Assembly: GCA_001724265.1 (NCBI GenBank)
Contig: MEDY01000001.1
Coordinates: 62,001 to 126,000, forward strand
Direction of reading: 5' to 3'
DNA length: 64,000 bases
DNA from: Rhizaria sp. SCN 62-66
Lineage: Eukaryota
The notes beneath the pieces are model-generated. The model was not told the DNA's origin and did not search any database. It worked only from the letters and a program-made list of their open reading frames with translations. A program made the position numbers and the translations under genes. Below are positions 1 to 8,400 of the stretch, piece by piece. The first letter of the stretch is position 1, and each line of letters starts with the position of its first letter.

Positions 1-993
1 GGGAATGTAAGCGGCCACGGGTGCCAGAACGCGCATGAAGAGGTCCCAGTGGGCCTCGTAGCCGTCGGCGTAGCCCATGTCGCCGACGAGCAGCAGCGCG
101 TGGTAGCTGTGGCTCTGCACGATATCGACCATGCCGTCGACGACCGCCTTGCCGACGCCGTAGTCGAGGTCGGCGATCTGGAGCAGACGCAGCGGGGACG
201 CCTTAGTGCCGAGAATGGCGCGGGAGGGCAGCGTGCGGAAAGAGAAGGTCTCGGAGGCGATCTCGTTGGACACGACGGTGTAGGCGTAGACGGTGTCGGG
301 GCGCAGGCCGGAGAGCGTGGCGTGGTGCACGACGCCGTTCCACTGCGACACGGTGTAGGTCGTGGAAGTGGCGTTGGCGATGACGAAGTTGTCCGTGGTG
401 CCAGCGCGGCGGAACGAGACGAACGGGCGGCTCGTCTCGGTCTGAGCGACCCAAGATACGGTCATTTCGTCCTCGCGGTCGCCGAGCGCGATGTGGACCT
501 GCTCAGGGGCGGACTTGTGGACGCAGCAATTGATAGTGCAGACGGGCACGATGAGCGAGCAGAACGCCTCGGCCTCCCACTCAAGCTTCAGCAGAGCCGC
601 AGTGGCCTTAGGGAGAAGGGTGAGGACAATGTTGGAGATCTTTTGGCACGTCTCGATCTTCTTCTGCTCCTTGAACACGGTGGCGCAGCCGATCTTGGCG
701 ATGTTGATGATGGTCGCCATGGCAGTCTCGTTCATAGACACCTTGGCGATGGTGCCGACGATGTTGGTGCACGTGTCGCACGACATGGCCTTGAAGTCAG
801 CGTCGAACTCGGCGTGGAGCTCAGGCAGGACGTTGGCCAGCTCCAGGAACGTCGAGGGCTCGCGCATCGCGTCGGTGCGGTCAAGCGAGGTGAGAGTCTG
901 CAGCTGGTTCATGTTCTTGTGGGGGCATGAAGCAGCCATGCCGAAGGCCGCAAACACGACCAGCAGCAGAGCAACAAACACCGCAACGCGCAT
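1..993 (-). CDS. Secreted purple acid phosphatase-like metallophosphoesterase with N-terminal saposin B-like domain (3'-partial, runs off the window)
   Basis: Translated by hand from ATG at 993; not in the ORF track because it has no stop inside the window. Signal peptide MRVAVFVALLLVVFAAFGMA; saposin-like Cys pattern CDTC..GCATVF..TCQKI..FCSLIVPVC; PAP N-terminal FN3-like domain PEQVHIALGD..MTVSW..HHATLSGLRPDTVYAYTV..FSFRT; metallophosphoesterase motifs IADLD and VGDMGYADG..WDLF. Confidence 0.88.
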   Translation of the reverse strand, partial: MRVAVFVALLLVVFAAFGMAASCPHKNMNQLQTLTSLDRTDAMREPSTFLELANVLPELHAEFDADFKAMSCDTCTNIVGTIAKVSMNETAMATIINIAKIGCATVFKEQKKIETCQKISNIVLTLLPKATAALLKLEWEAEAFCSLIVPVCTINCCVHKSAPEQVHIALGDREDEMTVSWVAQTETSRPFVSFRRAGTTDNFVIANATSTTYTVSQWNGVVHHATLSGLRPDTVYAYTVVSNEIASETFSFRTLPSRAILGTKASPLRLLQIADLDYGVGKAVVDGMVDIVQSHSYHALLLVGDMGYADGYEAHWDLFMRVLAPVAAYIP

Positions 994-1444
994 GCTTGTT
1001 TTTCTGCCGCGCATCGAGTCGTCAAGCACAGAGGGAGGGGTCAAGAACAGGGAATGAGCCAGGAAAGCACGTGCTGCAAACGGAGACGACGAGAGTGAAG
1101 AAACATGATGCTCGAATGGCAAGGATAATGCGTTTTCAGTCGATTAAAAGTGATGTAGAATGCAAGCATAAATGCCACATCATCACGTCATCAGCGATGA
1201 ATATCGACGGTGGGTATCATGGAATAACTTCTAAATTCCCGGAGAAGACGTCGTCGGTCGGACAAACGACGGTGGGGGTTTGAAAATGCGATTTTGAGCT
1301 TTTAACTTGATCACAGCGTTGTAGCCAATGACTACGACTTTCATTCTCACATATGATATAGAATAGACAATATTATACCACGGGCTTATCGTAAATGATC
1401 GTGCAGTCAGGTGAATGTGCGTATATAACGTAAATTTGTGTATG

Positions 1445-1710
1445 GTGTCCGCTTCACTCGGACGTCAGGCGTCTCAGATGCGCACGCAAGTGGCGTGAAC
1501 GTGCGCTGGCATGGGTGGAATCAATCGGGCATAGGAAGCAGTTCATGGGCCGCCCGTGTCCCACCCGCACGCCCCGCCTGGTGGCGGCAAGTGGCAGGCA
1601 TGTCAGTCCCCCATTGCCTCCAGCAACGCCATATCTGTCACCAGTAACCATAGGCAACTGAGAAATCGCAGCACGCAGGAGCAATACAACTCCAAGTCGC
1701 AGAAAGTTTT
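1445..1710. ncRNA. Candidate structured non-coding RNA, family unknown
   Basis: GC-rich intergenic island with 5-6 local hairpins and one long-range helix (1472-1481 with 1654-1663). TATATAA at 1422-1428 and TTTT at 1707-1710 on the + strand. No diagnostic family motif recognised. Confidence 0.3.
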
Positions 1711-1735
1711 GTAAAAGACTTGATTGCCATTGCAC

Positions 1736-1990
1736 ACAGAGAGACAAACTTGGCGACGAGCGTCAAGAAAAACAAGATAAACAAATCTAGAGAGAGAGAA
1801 AACAAACAGAACAACAGACATATACACATTGGGTGGGGGAAAAAAAGAGAAAACAGAACAAACAGAGAGAAAAACAAGTATAAAAAAAACGCGAACTACT
1901 CTGCAAACAAACCAAAAGAAAGAAAGAAGAGAGTCAGTTAGTCAGTCAGAACACAAGAAGATCAAAAGGAAGCCATGCGTCAAGAGAGAC
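1736..1990. repeat. Purine-rich (A/AG) low-complexity tract, probably the U/C-rich 3' UTR of the coiled-coil gene
   Basis: Runs such as agagagagag, aaaacaaacagaacaacag and aaaaaaaa just downstream of the minus-strand stop at 2051. Confidence 0.6.
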
Positions 1991-2050
1991 GAATGCATTG
2001 GAGTGAGAGTCAGATGCTTCAGTCACTGCGATATGAATGCCGCATCACGC

Positions 2051-3898
2051 TTAGTTCTTCCAGCGCGAGGGCGGGGGCGGCCGCGACTTGCAGGGGCAGC
2101 GGCGGCCCTTAGCGCACACGTGCCCATCGCCCTCCTGCGCCAGCGTCGCGTTGACGGCCTCCTCGTACTTGGCCTTGTAGTGGTCCGCCAGCGCCTTGCA
2201 CTTCTCGTACGAGGTCATAATGGCGGCCAGATCGCGGCCCAGCCGGTCGACCTCCTGTACCAGCTTCGCGTTCTCGGCCACGAGCGCCGACGACCCGCCG
2301 CGGAGCTTCGCGTCGAGCTCGGTCAACGCGTGCTGCGCCTGCTGCAGCTGCGCGCCGAGCCGCTGCACCTCTGCCTCGGCGCCCGCGAGCCGCTGCTGCA
2401 GCTGCGCCGCGCGCGCCTGTGCCTCGGCCTCGTTGCGCTTGAGCCCAGCAAGCCCGGCAGCGTCAACGCGGAGCGCGAAAAGCTCCTCATCGACCTTCTT
2501 CTTGTCCTCAGCGAGCGCCTGGTAGCGGCTCTGCAGTTTGCGGTATCCGGCGACGGCGGCGTCGCGCTCGAGCCGCACGTCGCCCAGTTCGGCCTGCAGC
2601 TTCTTGTTGCCAAGCTGCTCCACGGCGAGGTACTTCTTGAGTGCGGCGACGCGGCGCTCGAGCTCGGCCGCGGTGAGTCCCGACGCGCCCGTCTTGCTCT
2701 TGATGTCCTCTTCGGCGCGCGCGAGCTTGTCCTGCGCCGCGCGCAGCTGCCGCGCGAGCTCGTCGCGCTCTTCCTGCGCACGCGCGAGGTCGCCCGTGCC
2801 GCGCAGCCCGTTGCGGGTGAGCTCGGTGACCTGACGCGCGAGGTCCTCGGCCTTGGCGGCCAGCGCGCGCTGCGCCTCTGCCTGCCCGGCCTCGCGCGCG
2901 CGCAGCTGCTCCACCTCGCTCGCCAGCACGCTGCGCTCGCGCTCTAACACGGACACCTGCGCGCGCAGCGTCGACTCGGCGTCACCGCCGCGCTGCTGCA
3001 GCCGCGCAAGCTCCTCGGTCTTCTCGCGCAGAGTGCGCTCCATCGTGGCCTTGTCGGTCAGCGCGGCCTCGGCGGCGGCGCGCGCGGCTTCGAGCGCGCG
3101 CTGCATGCGATCGTAGTCGGCCTTGGCGGCGGAGCGATCGCCCAGCTCCTTGGTCAGCAGATCAACCAGGTTCTGCTGCGCGGCGATGCGGCCACGAAGA
3201 GTCTCGTTCTCGGCCGCCAGCTCCTTAGAGCGCGCGGTGAGCTCGCTGACAGACTCGACGAGCGAGCTGTTGCTGTCGCGCGCGCTGCGCAGCGAGGCGG
3301 ACTCGGCGCTGAGCTGCGCGTGCTGCGCCGTGAGCTCAGCGTGTGCCTTGCGGAGCTCAGCGAGCTCGGCGGCCATCTCTTTGTTCTCGGTCGTCGCGCG
3401 CGTGTGCTCGGAGCGGAGCTGGTCTGACTCGATTTTGAGCGTCTGGAACTCGCTCTGCAGCTTCGCGGCGCGCAATGAGAGGTCGGCAAAGAAGCGCTGC
3501 TGCTGCTCGGCGTCGCCAGCCTTCTCCATCAGGTGACGGTTCTGGTCAGCGAGCGCGTCGTACTCAGCGCGGGACACACGATCGCGCGAAGCCAGCTTCA
3601 TCGACAGCTCGCGCTCGCGGAACTCGTTGTTCTCCACGCGCAGCTGCTGGAGCTCAAGGCCAAGACGGTGGACTGAGTCCATGACGTGTGCGCGCTCGAG
3701 GTTGATGCGCTTCATGTCCTCCAGCTCAGTCGCGATCTGGTCGCGGTTCTGACGCAGGGCATCGTAGTCAGTCTCGAGGTTGCGCAGGCACTGCTGGAGG
3801 TTGGCAGCAAACTGGCTACCAGGACCGCCCGCGCCGCCGGCACACGAGGTGCAGCAGCCCGCCGGCTGCGAAGCCGCGGACGCGCCAGAAGTGCTCAT
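2051..3898 (-). CDS. Long coiled-coil protein of unknown function (~615 aa)
   Basis: ORF 2051..4147; the likely start is ATG 3898 (MSTSGASAAS), where GC-rich coding composition begins. E/L/R/Q/A-rich heptad-like sequence throughout, small Cys clusters at both ends (GCCTSC; HVCAKGRRCPC), stop TAA. Confidence 0.8.
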   Translation of the reverse strand: MSTSGASAASQPAGCCTSCAGGAGGPGSQFAANLQQCLRNLETDYDALRQNRDQIATELEDMKRINLERAHVMDSVHRLGLELQQLRVENNEFRERELSMKLASRDRVSRAEYDALADQNRHLMEKAGDAEQQQRFFADLSLRAAKLQSEFQTLKIESDQLRSEHTRATTENKEMAAELAELRKAHAELTAQHAQLSAESASLRSARDSNSSLVESVSELTARSKELAAENETLRGRIAAQQNLVDLLTKELGDRSAAKADYDRMQRALEAARAAAEAALTDKATMERTLREKTEELARLQQRGGDAESTLRAQVSVLERERSVLASEVEQLRAREAGQAEAQRALAAKAEDLARQVTELTRNGLRGTGDLARAQEERDELARQLRAAQDKLARAEEDIKSKTGASGLTAAELERRVAALKKYLAVEQLGNKKLQAELGDVRLERDAAVAGYRKLQSRYQALAEDKKKVDEELFALRVDAAGLAGLKRNEAEAQARAAQLQQRLAGAEAEVQRLGAQLQQAQHALTELDAKLRGGSSALVAENAKLVQEVDRLGRDLAAIMTSYEKCKALADHYKAKYEEAVNATLAQEGDGHVCAKGRRCPCKSRPPPPSRWKN

Positions 3899-5355
3899 AG
3901 CAGGTGACTCGTGTGAGGGAGAGAAAAGGGGGTGGGGTGCTAACGCCCGCGAAAATTTAGGTGTGCTGGTTCCAGAGAAAAAGGAACTCAAAGACAACCC
4001 AAACCAAGGGGAAAGTTCAACTGAAAAAGTGGAAACGCTCTGCGCAAAGTCAATTTTGAAACAAAGTGGAGCTTCGTGAGTAATCTTGAAATGGCGAGGG
4101 AGAGATGAAGTACGATGGGAGACTTGGCTAGGGCGAAACTGCGGCACGGAAATTTACCGTAGGTTCACATGCAATAGACCCAATTATTTTTTGGCTCAAT
4201 ATAACCCAACAAAAAATGTTACAAAACTTAATGGCAGAGCAAAATCACCAAGAACAGGCCATGATCAGGACGCTTGATCCACCCGTCATGGGACGAAACG
4301 CTGCCTGGCCAACAACTTCGCTCGCTCGCTCGACAAGCTGGACCGAAAAACTGCTCCAAACCAGCAAAGTGCGACTTGAAGAGAATCGAAATTCAACTCA
4401 GATCGACAAACAAACTGCTGCTACCAAAGTAATAGTGTGTATATATGCATCATCAGACTATGTTGTGTCATATTCCACGGAATTTAATGTAACAACACGT
4501 ATGTCCAGCGTATCAGTATAAATGTGATGGTACACAGCCGATCTGGGCGATTCTGGCTGTATATGTCCGCCCCACCACTCGATGCCGCAAACCATCGGAA
4601 TCGCTCATTGTAAAGATGTTGCCGTTTACATCTTGGTCCCGTTGATGATGCTGTTATACAAGAACCCGAACGGCGGCGACGCTCTCAATGCATTTCTACC
4701 GCCTGCAGCCATTAACCACACAAGGGGAGCAATAACTACTGAGCACGTGTACAGTTCAGACGCATCTCGCATGTTTTCCTTACTCCCTCGTCGTGTTTTC
4801 TTGTATGGTCTCAGGAGTGCATGCTGTTTCTATGACGTCTGGAGCCTGATCATGCACGATTATTGTCGCATTCTACATATCATAACTCTCTGCTTTTCAC
4901 CACTTCACAAGAAGCTATGCAGCATGTTCAGAACTGCGCTAAAATACTTGTTTTAGTGTTAGTTTATTTAATGTTAGGAGGATAAATAAAAACTGATCAA
5001 CACCTCGCACAATGGCAGTAAGGTGGAAAAGAAGCGCAAAATGCATAGAAGACTCTAAGGATGCATGCATATGATACATGTACGTACATAGAAAGCTTAA
5101 ACAATCAAAGAAAGGACAAGACTGAAAAAAAAACTATTTTTAGCGAAACTCAATATTCGCTTGAAAAAAAAATAAAAAAATAAAAAATGGAATGAGGCAT
5201 TCAAGCCAACCCAACTCGACCTCAAGTCTAACATGCCATGGAAAGCATTAAGTGAGAGCCGTATCACGTCGCGCTGCGTTGTCGCATTAACCCACGCATT
5301 GCACAAGACAGCGCGCACGCACATGTCAAACGTACAAAGCAATCGCACGGCGGCG

Positions 5356-5465
5356 GCACACTGCGTTTGGGCTACACTGCACTGCGCTTGCGCTGCGCTG
5401 CAATTGTGCGTTGCACTGTACAGCACATCACGCACAGCACAGCACATCACTGCAATGCACTGCGA
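5356..5465. repeat. Degenerate pentamer repeat (GCACT/GCGCT/GCACA) in the 3' UTR of the Ca2+ ATPase gene
   Basis: acactgcactgcgcttgcgctgcgctgca...gcacagcacagcacatcactgcaatgcactgc directly downstream of the stop at 5476. Confidence 0.5.
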
Positions 5466-5475
5466 TGAGCTTCGC

Positions 5476-8400
5476 TTAATGCGAGGCCAGCGCGGCGCCG
5501 CGACGGCAGCTCTTGGTGGCCGCAGCCCAGGCCTTGCGCGCGGCGTCGCGCGCGGCGCGGCCGGCGCGGGCGAAGACGCTGTTGCTCCACAGCTCCTCAT
5601 CCTCGGCGATGGGCGCGCCCACACGCGCGCGGTTGCTGCGCTCGCCGAACGTCTTGCGGATCATGTCAAAGGGCAGGACGAGGAGCGCGGCGGCAAAGAT
5701 AACGAGCCACTGCGCGAGCGTGAGCGACGCTGTGCGCAGGATCGGCTGCGCCCACGGCAAGTGCGTGAAGAGGATCTGGACAGTCATGATGAGCAGCATG
5801 ATGACGAAAAAGGTCGTGTTGTGCGTGGCGTTGGAGCCGCCGATGGTGGCGCGGCCGTCGGGCGTGGCCGCCACGGTAAAGGCCGAGTTATAGTGGCGCA
5901 CGTTGAGTCCGTTGATGGTGCACACGAAGACGAAATACGCGAAAAAGGCCGTCAGGAAGACAAGTTCGTCGCCGGAGGTCGACGCGCTCGACGTCGCAGC
6001 GGACGTCGCAGTCGCGTCGGCAGCGGCCGTCGAGGCCGAGGCGCCGGAGATGTCGAGGTTGAGCGAGTTGGCGACAAAGAAGCTCTTGGCGAGCCCACTG
6101 GAGAGGAAAAACATCGACGACAATGCGATGTAAAGCCCGTTGATGAGGAGCGAGCGGAACATGAGCGGTGACACGATGGGCATCGAGCGCGGCACAGGTG
6201 CCTGGGTGAGGTAAGCGCGCACGGCGGGCTCTGCACCGAAAGCCAGTGCGGCGAGCGTGTCCATGATGAGGTTGACCCAGAGGAGCTGGACGAGTGTGAG
6301 CGGGAAGTCAACGCCAATGAAGGGGCCGAGCAGCACGATGATGGTCGTGGCGACGTTCATAGTGCACTGGAAGACGATGAACTTGCGGATCGAGTTGAAG
6401 ATGGTGCGGCCGTACAGCACAGCAGACAGGATCGAGCCGAAGTTGCCGTCAAGAATGACGATGTCGGACGCTTCCTTGGCAACTTCAGAGCCGCCACCGG
6501 GGGCCGGGGGCGCGGACTCCTCCGCGGAAGGGCTCGCAGCGCCGCCAGAGGCGGGGGTTTCGACGCCGTCGTCGCCCTCGGTCACGGCTGTCACGGCGTA
6601 TCCGCCGTCCGCGCCGGCTCTCCGCGCAGCGACTCTGCCCATTCCGGACGTGTGGTCGCCGCCGCTGGAAGGCGAAGACGAAGGCGGTGCATTAGGGAGA
6701 AGAACGCGCGCGACGGAGCGCGGGAGCACACCGCGCAGCCACGCCACGACACCTGACTTACTAGAGCCAGCAGCAGCAGAGGCGGAGGCGGAAGCTGAGG
6801 CGCTACGGCGCTTACCGGCGGCGTCGGCGGTGGCCTGCGCGCCGCTGGAGTCGATAGCGAAGGAAACATCCGCACGCTTGAGCGCGGCCGCGTCGTTGAC
6901 GCCGTCGCCGGTCATGCCGACAACGTAGGCCGCAGATAGCGCAAGCTCGAGCGCGGCGCCGCGCGACGTGGCGCCGGAGCTGCGCTGCGGACGGTACACG
7001 GGGTGCGCGTTGGGCGTCGGCGCGAGCTGCATGTTCTGCGCCACGGTGACAAGGCGGGCCTTGTCGGCGGGCAACGCGCGCGCGACGACGCGGAGGCGCG
7101 GCAGCAGCGTGGCCAGCTCGGCGTCGGTCAGCAGCGACAGCTGGTGCGAGGTCAGGACCACGGGCGCCCACAGGTTCAGCGAGCGCAGCCAGGCGAGCAG
7201 CAGCGGCCGGTCTGTGGAGCCCGCGGCGAAGGGCGAACCCAGCGCGCCGGAGCCCCCCGCGGAGGCAGGGTTCAGCAGCGCGCCACCCGGGGACGCGAAA
7301 CCGGGCAGCATCGCAGCGGCGGCGGCGGAGGAGGATGCAGTCGTGGCAGAGGAGCCATAGGACGCGGGGGGCGCGTTGAGCGGCAGCGGCGCGGTGATTG
7401 CGGCGGCGGCGGTTGATGCGGCGGTGGCGGCGGCGACGGCGTTGGAGCGCAGCCACTCCTCGGCGAACGCGGGGAATGAATACTCCGCCGCCGACGCCGC
7501 GGCCGAGATGGTCGGCTGCGCCATCACGGGCGCCATGATGCCGACCTGCTTGGCGATCGACACGGCCGTCTCCACGCGGTCGCCCGTCACCATGACAACC
7601 TGCACACCGGCACGGTGCGCGGTGGCGATAGCGGAGGCCGTGGTGGGCCGCGGCCGGTCCGCCAGCGCAAGCGCGCACAGCAGCGTCAACCGCTCGGGCA
7701 GCGCGTCGCGACCAGTAGCGCCCGCAGCAGCCGCGTCTCTAGAAGAAGCAGCGGCGGCGGGGGCGGGGCGCGCCGTGGCGATGGCGATAACGCGGGCGCC
7801 GGCCGAGGACAGCGCGTCGATGCGGGCAACCAAGCGGGCGCGGGCGGCGGCGGACAGGATCACACGGGCCACGCCTCCGCTCGAGCCACCACTGCTAGCG
7901 ACAGCGGGGGCGTAGATGTGGGTGCACTGGGCGAGCACGCGCTCGGCAGCGCCCTTGACGAGGTCGACGTGGCATTGCGCGGCGCCGGCGCTCAGACCCG
8001 GCGCGAAATAAGGCGCGAAGTCGTGCTCGGCAGAGTCAGGCCCGGCGTACGTCGCCACAGTTGCAGCGGAAGAAGAAGCAGCAGCAGCGGCGCCGCCGGT
8101 GAGTGCGATGCGGGCGGCGAGCGGGAGCGCGACGCGGACGGAGGAGAACTTGCGCGTGGAGTTAAACAGCACTTCGTCGACCATGTGCGACTGCGCCGAC
8201 ACGCGCTGCGCCGAGTGCATGGCGCTGGCGGCGGCGGCGGCCTGGGAACTCGTGACCACGGGTGCGTTGGCGCCCGGGTGCAGGAAGCGCAGCAGCGCGC
8301 GGTCCGTGGCGTTGCCACCGATGATCGTCACGGGAGGCGCGTTGCGCAGTGCCAGAGACGGGGAGACGTCGGCGGCCAGCGCGGCGGCGGCGGCGGCGGG

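Noticed and set aside
49-1057. Plus-strand ORFs 49..930 and 491..1057
   Set aside because: Antisense shadows of the real minus-strand phosphatase gene (ATG 993).
3899-4147. 83-aa N-terminal extension of the coiled-coil ORF
   Set aside because: Starts at a non-ATG codon in AT-rich spacer-like sequence; ATG 3898 fits the compositional boundary.
4643-4742. Possible C/D box snoRNA (TGATGA...CTGA)
   Set aside because: No terminal stem and no convincing rRNA guide; such boxes occur by chance.
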